Assembly: GCA_037481835.1 (NCBI GenBank)
Contig: JBBFKW010000007.1
Coordinates: 1 to 64,000 of the forward strand
Length of the DNA: 64,000 nucleotides
Direction: 5' to 3'
Origin: Desulfosoma sp.
GTDB taxonomy: Bacteria > Desulfobacterota > Syntrophobacteria > Syntrophobacterales > DSM-9756
Below the pieces are notes generated by a model. The model ran no database searches. It saw only the letters and a program-made list of their open reading frames with translations, and was not told where the DNA came from. Position 1 is the stretch's first letter, and each line of letters begins with the position of its first letter. Of this stretch, positions 10,088 through 19,281 are shown piece by piece. The position numbers were made by a program, and so were the translations under genes.

Positions 10088-11166
10088 GGGGTGCATGAGC
10101 CGACCAACTTTTTGTAAAGGTCCAGATATTGCCCGATCACTCGCTCTTGCGAATAGAGTTCGGTCACCATCTTGCGGCCCGCTTCCCCAAGTTCCCGTCG
10201 AAGGCCCTCATCTTCCAAAATGTTTTGGATCGCCCGGGCCATGGCGACGGGGTCCGACACGGGCGTGAGGATGCCGTTTTCGCCTGGGGTCACGAGTTCC
10301 ACCGCCCCCAGCGTTTCTGTGGACACAACCGGCACGCCGTGGCTCCAGGCTTCCAGGATGACGTTCCCGAGGGGTTCATGCCGCGACGGACAGACGAAAA
10401 CGTCGCTCAGGGCATAAAAAGGGGCCGGCTCGTCCTGCCAGCCCACAAAGCGCACATGGGGGCCGAGCCTCAAGGAATCGCTCTGCCTTTGGACATGGTC
10501 CCGATGGGGGCCGTCTCCCGCCACGACGAGGATCACGGGGCGCCCCTTGATGGATCGCGGGAGCCGGGCAAAAGCCGACAGCAGGTCTGTGAACCCCTTT
10601 TTGGGAACGAAGCGGCCCAGGGAAAAAACCACCCAGGCCTCTTGGGGGATCCGCCATGTGGAACGGAGAGTCATGAGGGTTTCTTCGGGGACGGGTGGGG
10701 GCGCGTCCACAAAATTGGGGATGTAAAAGACGCGCCTCGGGGGCAGACCGTTTCGGATCAGGTAGTCGCAGATGCCTTTGGTGTTTCCGATCCAGGCATG
10801 GGCGTGGGTGTAATAGCCTCGAATCTTGTAGTAGCCGCCCAAACGGGCGATGTGCACCGCTCCTGAATCCCGGGGAGTCCGGGTCAGGCGCGTGGCTCGG
10901 CCCATGTACGTTTGCACCACCGGGCATCCAATCCGGCGGATCAAAGCGCGAATCTTGAAAACGGACAACACATCCCAGCCGTTTCTCATGGGGACGGGAT
11001 GGACGGCGATACCCGGGTGAAGAAACCGAGTCACGGGGCTTTTCGGGCGCACAGCGACCCCGATGCCCTCCTGCCTTTCGGCCAAACCGTTCACCAGCCG
11101 GATGAAAAAACGTTCCGCGCCGCCCAGCCCCGGGCTTCCCAAGATATGGAGCGAGGGGCAGGTCAT
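10084..11166 (-). CDS. Glycosyltransferase family 4
   Basis: GGAERF, GRFVPKKGF, EPLGNVILEAW. Confidence 0.92.
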   Translation of the reverse strand: MTCPSLHILGSPGLGGAERFFIRLVNGLAERQEGIGVAVRPKSPVTRFLHPGIAVHPVPMRNGWDVLSVFKIRALIRRIGCPVVQTYMGRATRLTRTPRDSGAVHIARLGGYYKIRGYYTHAHAWIGNTKGICDYLIRNGLPPRRVFYIPNFVDAPPPVPEETLMTLRSTWRIPQEAWVVFSLGRFVPKKGFTDLLSAFARLPRSIKGRPVILVVAGDGPHRDHVQRQSDSLRLGPHVRFVGWQDEPAPFYALSDVFVCPSRHEPLGNVILEAWSHGVPVVSTETLGAVELVTPGENGILTPVSDPVAMARAIQNILEDEGLRRELGEAGRKMVTELYSQERVIGQYLDLYKKLVGSCTP

Positions 11167-12350
11167 GGGGTGACGAGTTTCCAGCCGCCCTGGACCACCT
11201 GGACGATGACCAAGGAGTCCATCCCCAGGCCGTTGTGGTCTTCCGCGGTGAGGTTGTAAATGCCGCTGATGCCCACATAGCCCCGGGTCTGCTCGAGGGT
11301 CGCCCGCAGGGCCTCGCGATCCGTTCCCACCTGGCGCATGGCGTTGGCGAGCATCATGATGGCGTCCCAGGCGTAGCCGCTATGCGTGTTGATGGGGTAT
11401 TGCCGGTCGAACTGGTAAACGTCCTTGTAGAGATGGATGAACTCCTGGATGACGGCCTTCTGAGGGTCACTGTCCGGGAGCTGGTCCGCCACCATGAGCT
11501 TGGTCGAAGGCATGTAGCTCCCCTCGGCGGCGGCTCCCGCCAGTTCCACGTACTTGGGATCGGGCTGCCCATGGCACTGAAACAAAGGCAGGGTCATGCC
11601 CAGCTGTTTCACATTCTTGGCCACACGGGCTCCCGCCGGGCCGATGGTCCAGCAGATGAGCGCTTTGGCGGGCGTGGCCTTGATTTTCACGAGCTGGGGG
11701 GTCATGTCGGTATCGTTCACGTCGAAAGCTTCGTTGGCGACGATCTCGATGCCGTATTCGGGGGCGAGCCGGGTGAGCCATTCCAGGCCGTCCTTGCCGA
11801 AGCCGTCCGTGGCGGTGAGCAGGGCCACCTTCGTCCATCCCTTGGCCTTGAGAAATTCATAGACCTTGGCTACGGCCGTGGACGTCCGCTGCGGCGTTTT
11901 GAAGGTCCAGGTGAAGGGGCCGAATTTGCCTCCGGCGATCACCGGATCTCCGCCGACGGTCATGATGATGGGGATGCGCTCCTTTTCCGTGTAAGCCTTG
12001 ACGGCCATGCCCGTTCCCGTTCGGGTCGGGCCGATGAGCGCCGTCACCTGGTCTTTTTCCACCAGTCGTTTGGCCACGAGCAGGGCTTTGGTGGGGTCGC
12101 CTTCCGTGTCGCCGATGACGAGTTCCAAGGGCCGCCCGTTGATGCCTCCTTCCTTGTTGATCTTGTTGACGACCATTTCGGCGACGAGCTTCGTCGGTGT
12201 GCCGATGGAAGCCGCAGGGCCCGAAAGGTCGAAAAAGGCTCCGATCTTAATGGGTTCGGACGCCCGGCCGGACCCATAACCGAAAAGCACGATCGTCATC
12301 ACAACCGTCATCGCGGCCATGGCCTTGGAAATGTTGCGACGTGCGTTCAT
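11163..12350 (-). CDS. ABC transporter substrate-binding protein, LivJ/LivK (Peripla_BP_6) family
   Basis: Signal peptide, IKIGAFFDLSGPAA, GGINGRPLEL, YAWDA. Confidence 0.92.
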   Translation of the reverse strand: MNARRNISKAMAAMTVVMTIVLFGYGSGRASEPIKIGAFFDLSGPAASIGTPTKLVAEMVVNKINKEGGINGRPLELVIGDTEGDPTKALLVAKRLVEKDQVTALIGPTRTGTGMAVKAYTEKERIPIIMTVGGDPVIAGGKFGPFTWTFKTPQRTSTAVAKVYEFLKAKGWTKVALLTATDGFGKDGLEWLTRLAPEYGIEIVANEAFDVNDTDMTPQLVKIKATPAKALICWTIGPAGARVAKNVKQLGMTLPLFQCHGQPDPKYVELAGAAAEGSYMPSTKLMVADQLPDSDPQKAVIQEFIHLYKDVYQFDRQYPINTHSGYAWDAIMMLANAMRQVGTDREALRATLEQTRGYVGISGIYNLTAEDHNGLGMDSLVIVQVVQGGWKLVTP

Positions 12351-12387
12351 GGCTCCCTCCTCCTTTAAGGTGTCTTGTCCTGCCGGC

Positions 12388-13704
12388 TCAATCTTCCTTG
12401 ATGCGGTGGTCGAAAACCCTTTTGCTCTTTCGATCCGTTCGGGGAAGCGTTCCGTAATCCAGAACTTCCACGGTGCAGCGGACCAGGATCTGTCGGCGGA
12501 TTTCCGAGGCGATGGTTTCTTTCAGCGCGTCATCCTTTTCCGCCGGGCGGCCTTGCGCCCGTTCCACTTTGAGGATCATCACGTCCCGGCCGTCTTCCCG
12601 GTGATGGAGGTGCACCTGGTATTCACTGCCCACGCCGGAAATTTGGGACAGCACATGGTCTATCTGGCCGGGGTAGATGTTGACGGCACGGAAGATGAAC
12701 ATGTCGTCCGAACGGCCCAGGAGATGGTCATGTCGGGGAAGGGGGTTCCCGCACGGACAGGGTTCGGGAATGAGCCGCGTGAGGTCCCGCGTTCGATACC
12801 GGATGAGGGGCGCGGCTTCTTTTCGCAGCGTGGTCACCACCATTTCGCCCAATTCTCCGGGCGGGACGGGTTCCAGGGTTTCGGGGCTGAGGATTTCCAG
12901 GATGTAATAGTCGGCCCAGTAATGGATGCCTTGGTGGGCGGTGCACTCCAAACCCGTGCCGGGTCCGTAGAGTTCCGTCAACCCGGGGATGTCGAACATG
13001 TGTTCCACGCCGGTTATCGCCTGGATGCGGCGGCGCATGCTGCGGCTGTGCCTTTCGGCCCCGAAGATGATCTTCTTGAGGGCGATTCGGTCCCGAAGTC
13101 CCCGCCGTTCGATTTCTTCGGCCATGAGCAGGGCCATGGACGCTGTGGCGCAAAAGACCGTGGACTGCAGGTCCACGAGCATCTGGCAATGGATTTCCGT
13201 GTTGGCCGGACCCACTGGAACGGCCATGGCCCCGAAGCGTTCGCATCCCAGCTGGAAGCCGACTCCGGCCGTCCACAGCCCGTAGCCCACGGCGATCTGC
13301 ACCCGGTCCTGGCGCGTCAAGCCGGCGATTTCAAAGCAGCGGGCGAACATCGTCGCCCAATCATCGATGTCTTTTTGGGTGTAGCACAAGACCTTCCGTT
13401 TGCCGGTGGTCCCCGACGAGGCGTGGATGCGGACGATCTTTTCGTACGGCACGGCCCGCAGCGGGAAAGGGTACCCTTCCTGAAGATCGTCCGCCGTGGT
13501 GAACGGAAGGCGCCGCAGATCGTCCAGGGTGCGGATCTTGTCGGGGGTGACGCCCGCGGCGTCCAGCCGCTGCCTGTAGAACGGCGAATTGTGATAGGCG
13601 TGCTGCACGGTCCACCGCAGCCCCTGGAGCTGCATCTTTTCCAAATCTTCCAGGCTGGAACGCACAGGCATGAAACTCACGGTCATGGGTTGAGCTCCTT
13701 TCAT
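12388..13704 (-). CDS. paaK: Phenylacetate-CoA ligase family protein
   Basis: HASSGTTGK, YGLWTAG, RYRTRD, GRSDDM, C-terminal KSKRV. Confidence 0.88.
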   Translation of the reverse strand: MKGAQPMTVSFMPVRSSLEDLEKMQLQGLRWTVQHAYHNSPFYRQRLDAAGVTPDKIRTLDDLRRLPFTTADDLQEGYPFPLRAVPYEKIVRIHASSGTTGKRKVLCYTQKDIDDWATMFARCFEIAGLTRQDRVQIAVGYGLWTAGVGFQLGCERFGAMAVPVGPANTEIHCQMLVDLQSTVFCATASMALLMAEEIERRGLRDRIALKKIIFGAERHSRSMRRRIQAITGVEHMFDIPGLTELYGPGTGLECTAHQGIHYWADYYILEILSPETLEPVPPGELGEMVVTTLRKEAAPLIRYRTRDLTRLIPEPCPCGNPLPRHDHLLGRSDDMFIFRAVNIYPGQIDHVLSQISGVGSEYQVHLHHREDGRDVMILKVERAQGRPAEKDDALKETIASEIRRQILVRCTVEVLDYGTLPRTDRKSKRVFDHRIKED

Positions 13705-15026
13705 GGCTCCTTTTTTTCGCGAAAGACGGTCTTGTATGTCAATCCTTCTTGCGGCAGCCGTTCAGGCGAAACATCCACAACACGAACGCCAAGGCCCAGT
13801 TCGCGCCGAAGGCGGCTGCGGATCCGTTCCAGGCGGCTGCTCTTGCTTTCCTCGATTAAGGTTCCCAGGCTGATCCACACTTCCAAGCTGTCTCCCAACC
13901 CGAAGCGCGTGCCCACCATGAGGCGGAAATCCTCGATGGCCGGATCCGTTTCCCGAAGGAGCCGTTCCACACGCTGCGGGCTTACGGGAATGCCCCGGAC
14001 GCTCAGACGATGGTCGGTGCGTCGCCGAACCGGGGAGAGGCGCATGGTGTTCAAGCCGCAGGGACACGGTGCCGCGTCCACGGCGACGACATCTCCCGTG
14101 CGGTAGCGGATGAGCGGGTAGGCCTCGGCGGAGAGTGTGGTGATCACCAGTTCGCCTTCCGATCCCGGCCCCATGGGATGCCCCGTCACGGGGTGCACCA
14201 CTTCCGCAAGGAAATGATCCTCAGCCACGTGGAATCCTCGAAAGGCCGGGCATTCTCCGGCAAGGCCCGGCTCCACCATTTCGGCAACCCCGTACAGGCC
14301 GAAGGCCGGGATGCCCAGTCGGGATCGGATGCGATCTCGAAGAGCTTCGGGGATGGGGTCCGGGCCGAGCACCATGAGCTTGAGGGACAGGTCGTGGAAT
14401 TCCCTTCCCCTTGCGCTTTCCTCGTCCAAGGTGTCCATGAGGTGCAGGGCGAAGGACGGAGTGGCGGCCAGCACCGTGGAACGAAAATCGCGCATGATCT
14501 GCAACTGCAGTTTGGCGGACACGGTAGCCGACGGCGCCAGGGTGGCGCCGAGGGCTTCGGCGGCCTGGTTGAAGGTAAAAGCCCCGGGAAACAGGCTGTA
14601 GTTGAAAGCGACCTGGACAATGTCGCGATCGTGAATCCCCAGGCGCTGGAAGAGGCGAACCACGAGGGATTGCCAAAGGTTTGTGTCCCTTTTGGTGAAA
14701 CCCACGACGATGGGCCGCCCGTCCCGGCTCGTTGCGATCTTCAGCCGGACCACGTTTTTCAGGGGCACCGCAAAAAGGCCGTAGGGGTAGTGGTCCGCCA
14801 AATCCTCGCTGGTGGTGAAAGGAAGGCCTCGAAAATCCTCGTCCGTTTTCACATCTTCCGGCACGACGCCCAAGGCGTCCAGGCGGGAGCGATAGAAATC
14901 CACATGGAAATAGGCGCGGTTCAACGTCATCTGCAGCCGTTCCAGCTGGAGGTGGCGGAGTTTTTCCCGACCGAATCGATCGCCCTCAGCCCCTTCCGTC
15001 ACGACTCGCTCTCCCGAAGTGGTCAT
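13701..15026 (-). CDS. Divergent phenylacetate-CoA ligase-like protein with degenerate catalytic motifs
   Basis: Colinear with PaaK (LPFTT, YPYGLFAVP, RYRTGD), but SSGTTG is replaced by IATSRDG. ATGA overlaps at both ends. Confidence 0.8.
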   Translation of the reverse strand: MTTSGERVVTEGAEGDRFGREKLRHLQLERLQMTLNRAYFHVDFYRSRLDALGVVPEDVKTDEDFRGLPFTTSEDLADHYPYGLFAVPLKNVVRLKIATSRDGRPIVVGFTKRDTNLWQSLVVRLFQRLGIHDRDIVQVAFNYSLFPGAFTFNQAAEALGATLAPSATVSAKLQLQIMRDFRSTVLAATPSFALHLMDTLDEESARGREFHDLSLKLMVLGPDPIPEALRDRIRSRLGIPAFGLYGVAEMVEPGLAGECPAFRGFHVAEDHFLAEVVHPVTGHPMGPGSEGELVITTLSAEAYPLIRYRTGDVVAVDAAPCPCGLNTMRLSPVRRRTDHRLSVRGIPVSPQRVERLLRETDPAIEDFRLMVGTRFGLGDSLEVWISLGTLIEESKSSRLERIRSRLRRELGLGVRVVDVSPERLPQEGLTYKTVFREKKEP

Positions 15027-15748
15027 CGTTCCCATTTGTGCCGGTAGTCCCGTCCCAAATACGCCCGCTGCACGTCCTCGTGTTCGGCCAGGTCGTCGGC
15101 CGATCCGGCCAGCACGATCCGGCCCGTTTCCATCACGTAGCCCCGCCGGCAAATATCCAAGGCCCCCATGGCGTTTTGTTCCACCAGGAGCACGGTGGTG
15201 CCGGAGGCGTGGAGTCTTTGCACTGTGGCATAAATTTCGTCCACAATCAAAGGGGCGAGTCCCAGGGACGGCTCATCCAGCATGAGCAGCTTGGGCCGGG
15301 CCATGAGGGCCCGGGCGATGGAAAGCATCTGCTGTTCCCCGCCGCTCAGCGTGCCGGCTTTCTGGCGGCGCCTCTCGGACAATATGGGAAAAAGCTCGAA
15401 GACTTCCGCCAGGCCGTGGGAAAGGCTCCGTCGACCGTGGATGTAGCCGCCCAGTTCCAGGTTTTCCATCACGGTGAGGTTGGGGAAGAGCTGGCGGGCT
15501 TCGGGCACGTGGACGAGCCCCCGCCGCACGATGCGTTCCGGCGCTTCCCCGTGGATCGGCACGCCGTCGAAGAAGATTTCTCCTTCGCTGGGTTTCATGA
15601 CCCCGCTGATGAGCTTCAAGAGCGTGCTTTTTCCCGCGCCATTGGCTCCCAGCAGGCAGACGATCTCCCCCGCGTCCACATGAAACGTGACCCGCCGAAG
15701 CACCGCGAGCGGCCCATAATGTGCCGAAACGTTCACGACTTTAAGCAT
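15023..15748 (-). CDS. livF: Branched-chain amino acid-type ABC transporter ATP-binding protein (LivF family)
   Basis: GANGAGKS, LSGGEQQM, LDEPSLGLAP, VEQNA. Confidence 0.93.
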   Translation of the reverse strand: MLKVVNVSAHYGPLAVLRRVTFHVDAGEIVCLLGANGAGKSTLLKLISGVMKPSEGEIFFDGVPIHGEAPERIVRRGLVHVPEARQLFPNLTVMENLELGGYIHGRRSLSHGLAEVFELFPILSERRRQKAGTLSGGEQQMLSIARALMARPKLLMLDEPSLGLAPLIVDEIYATVQRLHASGTTVLLVEQNAMGALDICRRGYVMETGRIVLAGSADDLAEHEDVQRAYLGRDYRHKWER

Positions 15749-15784
15749 TGCCGTGCACGTCCCGGATCCTTGAGCGTTCTTGAT

Positions 15785-17638
15785 TCATGTTTCCTCCCGC
15801 CGATCCCGGCCGGGGCGGGCCCGTCGCTTCGTTCCCAGGTAGGCTTCGATAACCCGGGGGTCCTTGCGGATGACAGCGGGCGGGCCTTGGGCGATGACGC
15901 GGCCGTGGTGGAGCACCACCACCCGGTCCGCATAGGCCATGACCACGTTCATGTCGTGTTCCACAAGGACCATGCCCATGTCGGCTCGCCGATGGGCGGC
16001 GATCCAGTCCATGAGGGCCCGGCTCTCGTTGGGCGTGCATCCCCCCACGGGCTCGTCCAGCAAAAGAACGGCCGGCCTTAGGGCCAGAGCCCTCAGGATT
16101 TCCAAGAGCTTTTGTTCGTAAAGGGAAAGGGTCGAGGTGGGCTCGTGGGCTTTGGGTTCCAGAACCGTGCCCTCCAGGAGCGCCGACGCACGGCGCCGGA
16201 GCGTCTCTTCTTCCCGGCGTTCTTGCGGCGTGTGGATCATGGCCCGGCAAAAGCCCGATCGGGCCGAAAGATGATAGCCCACCATCATGTTTTCTAACGG
16301 AGTCAAGTGCCCGAAAATTTGAACGGCTTGAAAAGTGCGCCCCACCCCTGCGGCGGCGGCTTCATGAGCCGACCGACCGGTCAAAGGGACGCCGCGCACC
16401 GTGACCGTTCCCTCCGTCGGGCGGACCAAGCAAGAGATGGCGTTCAGCACCGTAGTCTTGCCGGCTCCGTTGGGTCCGATCACGGCGAGGATTTCACCCG
16501 GCTGGACGTCGAAAGAAACGTGCGCAAGGGCCTGGAGGCCTCCGAAGCGGACGGAAAGGTTTTCGACGCGCAGCACAGGGGCCGAAGAGCTTCCGGGTTG
16601 CCCTTTTTCGTCGCGATGATGCGACCGGGCTTCACGGCCTTGGAGCGTTTTAACGATGGCGGCGCCGTGCCGGGAAGCGGGGGCGGCTTGCCCGAATTTC
16701 TTGAAAAGGCCGATCACGGCGGGGAGCAGCCCTTGAGGGAAGTAGATCAAGGACAGGGTCAAGAGCAGGCCGTAGGCCAGCACCTGGAAGTCTTCCACGG
16801 CATGGAGGAGTTCTCGAAGGCTCGTGAGAAAAACCGTTCCCGCCAAGCCGCCCCATAGACTTCCCGGGCCTCCCACCACAACCATGGTGATCACCTGGAC
16901 GGAATAAAAAATGTCGAACGTGCTCGGGCTGATGAAAGTCATGTAATGCGCGTAGCTGAACCCAGCAAATCCTGCAAGCACGGCGCTCAGGGTGAACACC
17001 TGGACCTTGTAGCGATGGGTCGGTACCCCCAGGGTCCGGGCGGTGAGTTCCTTGTCGTGAAGGGCTTTGAGGGCCCGGCCGATGCGGGAATCTTCCAGGT
17101 TGAGCATCCAGGCGAAGAGAATGAGAAAGCTCGCCCATGCAAAGGCGAAGAAACGGCGGTCGGAATCCACGGCCACGGGGCCCAGGTGCAAGGCCGGAAT
17201 GGCGGCGAGTCCGGACGGGCCGCCTGTGAGGGGTTCCATTTGGTTGAGGCAGATGCTCACAATGATGTTGAAACCCAAGGTGGCCATGACCAGGTAGTGA
17301 CCTTCCAGCCGAAGGGTGGGGACCGCCAGGCACACGCCGAAAAGTGCCGTTACCGCCAAGGCTAGAGCCAGTCCCGCCCAGAGAGGCCAGCCCAGCTGGG
17401 TTGTCACGATGGCGCTGCTGTAGGCGCCGAGTCCGAAAAAGGCCGCATGGCCCAAAGAAATCTGACCGGCGCAGCCGATGAGGAGATTCAGGCCCAGAAC
17501 CACCACGGCGTTCAAGGCCATGATGTTAAAAAGCACGAAAAAATAGTCGTTTCTCACAACAAGTGGGAGCAGGCAGACGACGGCGGCCAGGGCGCCCAGG
17601 GCCTTCCAGGCTTTGGGGATAAAGGGGATTCGGCCCAT
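15785..17638 (-). CDS. Fused ABC permease/ATP-binding protein (LivM-LivG fusion)
   Basis: N-terminal permease (GQISLGHAAFFGLGAY) and C-terminal ATPase (GPNGAGKT, LLDEP, VEHDM). Confidence 0.92.
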   Translation of the reverse strand: MGRIPFIPKAWKALGALAAVVCLLPLVVRNDYFFVLFNIMALNAVVVLGLNLLIGCAGQISLGHAAFFGLGAYSSAIVTTQLGWPLWAGLALALAVTALFGVCLAVPTLRLEGHYLVMATLGFNIIVSICLNQMEPLTGGPSGLAAIPALHLGPVAVDSDRRFFAFAWASFLILFAWMLNLEDSRIGRALKALHDKELTARTLGVPTHRYKVQVFTLSAVLAGFAGFSYAHYMTFISPSTFDIFYSVQVITMVVVGGPGSLWGGLAGTVFLTSLRELLHAVEDFQVLAYGLLLTLSLIYFPQGLLPAVIGLFKKFGQAAPASRHGAAIVKTLQGREARSHHRDEKGQPGSSSAPVLRVENLSVRFGGLQALAHVSFDVQPGEILAVIGPNGAGKTTVLNAISCLVRPTEGTVTVRGVPLTGRSAHEAAAAGVGRTFQAVQIFGHLTPLENMMVGYHLSARSGFCRAMIHTPQERREEETLRRRASALLEGTVLEPKAHEPTSTLSLYEQKLLEILRALALRPAVLLLDEPVGGCTPNESRALMDWIAAHRRADMGMVLVEHDMNVVMAYADRVVVLHHGRVIAQGPPAVIRKDPRVIEAYLGTKRRARPGRDRREET

Positions 17639-17644
17639 GGCGGC

Positions 17645-18535
17645 TCAGAGCCTCCGCACCCGTTCGCTGCCGAACAGGCCGGCGGGCCGAAGAAACAAGA
17701 CGGCCAACAGAATGATGAACGCGAAGGCGTCTTTGTAGGCGGAAGAAATGAAGCCCGCCCCCAAGGATTCCAAAAGCCCCAGCCCGTAACCCCCGAAAAC
17801 GGCTCCCACCGCACTGCCGTAGCCTCCCAGGATGGCGGCCGAAAAACCTTTCAAACCCAGCATGAGACCGCCACTGTAGCTCATGCTGGTGAGCGGCGTG
17901 ATGAGGATGCCGGCCAGGGCGCCGAGGGAACCGGCCATGGCGAAGGCGAGAGCCGTCACCCTTTTGACGGAAATGCCGACCAAGGCCGCCCCGTACGGAT
18001 TGTCGGCCGCTGCCCGCATGGCTTTACCCAGGAGGGTGTGCCGGTAGAAAAAAAAGAGCAGTCCCAGGATGCCGACAGACAACCCGATAATCCACAAAAC
18101 CTGGGGAACGATGGCTGCAGTGCCAAGGATCAAGGGGCTTTCACTGCCGAGGGGAGGGAGCGAATGGACATTTTTCCCCCACAGGAGCATCCCGGTTCCC
18201 CGAACGGCGATGGAGACACCAACGGTGATCATGACGAGCACCAGGACATCCCGATTCCGGGCGGCGCGCAGCGGGCCTCGTTCCAGGGCCAGGCCCGCTA
18301 AGGCCCCAAAGAGGACAGCACCGAAAAAGGCGGGGATCACGGGCACGGAAAGCTTCTGCATGAGGGTGACGGCCATGAGCGCGCCGAGCATGACGAAGTC
18401 GCCTTGGGCGAAATTGACGATCCCCGTAGCGTTTTGGACCATGCAAAAGCCCAGGGCGATCAACGCATAGATGCTGCCGTTGGTGAGACCCGCCACGAAA
18501 AACTGAGGGATCTGCTGCAGGAGCGTTCCGTCCAT
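17645..18535 (-). CDS. livH: Branched-chain amino acid-type ABC permease (LivH family)
   Basis: GSIYALIALG, NFAQG, GKAMRA, AILGG. Confidence 0.93.
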   Translation of the reverse strand: MDGTLLQQIPQFFVAGLTNGSIYALIALGFCMVQNATGIVNFAQGDFVMLGALMAVTLMQKLSVPVIPAFFGAVLFGALAGLALERGPLRAARNRDVLVLVMITVGVSIAVRGTGMLLWGKNVHSLPPLGSESPLILGTAAIVPQVLWIIGLSVGILGLLFFFYRHTLLGKAMRAAADNPYGAALVGISVKRVTALAFAMAGSLGALAGILITPLTSMSYSGGLMLGLKGFSAAILGGYGSAVGAVFGGYGLGLLESLGAGFISSAYKDAFAFIILLAVLFLRPAGLFGSERVRRL

Positions 18536-18689
18536 TATGTGCGGTCCTTGCCCGGGGCCTTTTTTCGGGAGCGGCTCCGGGGCTGCTCCGAGCCGGTTTC
18601 TTGGAGGAACCGGCTTGTATCAGGGATCTTACTCTTGGGCCATGAGCCTCATCCACACAGCGGGCTGCGGGCCCGTTGAAGAGTTCTCG

Positions 18690-19259
18690 TCAATTGGGCT
18701 CGCGCCGGCGGGCCGCACAGGCTCCAGCCTCCAAGGCCTTCATGCTGAGTTCCAATCGCGTCCCGGCCGATTGCCTGAGCGCCTCTTTCACATCGTCCAC
18801 GGTGCAAAAAAGAATCCCCGAAGCTGCCGCATGGCCCAAGAGAACAAGGTTTGCGGCGACCGCATCCCCCAGGTCCTTGGCGATTGAGACGGCGTCGAGG
18901 TCTCCGACCCCTTGGGGATCGGAGCGATTGCAAAAAACCGCACCGCCCGGCTTCAAAAGATAGCCGTGGGCGGCCAAACCTTCTTCATGGAGCGCCAACA
19001 GGACATCCGCTCGACCGGGGCGAATGAGCGGGCTCGTCAAAAAACGGGAACGCAGGGACGCGCCCTGGGAGGCGCATGGGGCATGGATTCGGGGAAAGAC
19101 CTTCAGGTGGCTGATGACATTTCCTCCCCGCTGGGCCATGCCATGGGTTTCGGAAACCAAAACGGACAGGTCCTTCTGGAGGGCCGCCTCCGCAAGGAGT
19201 TTGGTGACGTAAAGAACGCCCTGCCCTCCCAGACCGCTGACGGCGATTTGCTGTTGCAT
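18690..19259 (-). CDS. iorB: Indolepyruvate:ferredoxin oxidoreductase beta subunit
   Basis: GLGGQG, SETHGMAQRGG, NLVLLG. Start at MQQQIAV. Confidence 0.9.
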   Translation of the reverse strand: MQQQIAVSGLGGQGVLYVTKLLAEAALQKDLSVLVSETHGMAQRGGNVISHLKVFPRIHAPCASQGASLRSRFLTSPLIRPGRADVLLALHEEGLAAHGYLLKPGGAVFCNRSDPQGVGDLDAVSIAKDLGDAVAANLVLLGHAAASGILFCTVDDVKEALRQSAGTRLELSMKALEAGACAARRREPN

Positions 19260-19281
19260 GACGGCGATCCTTCTCTTTTCT

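Noticed and set aside
12319..14106. 595-aa plus-strand ORF and similar long antisense ORFs (e.g. 39816-41429, 21486-22943)
   Set aside because: They overlap well-supported genes on the opposite strand or in another frame and lack motifs.
15785..17638. LivM-LivG fusion as a novelty
   Set aside because: Such permease-ATPase fusions are common in this transporter family.
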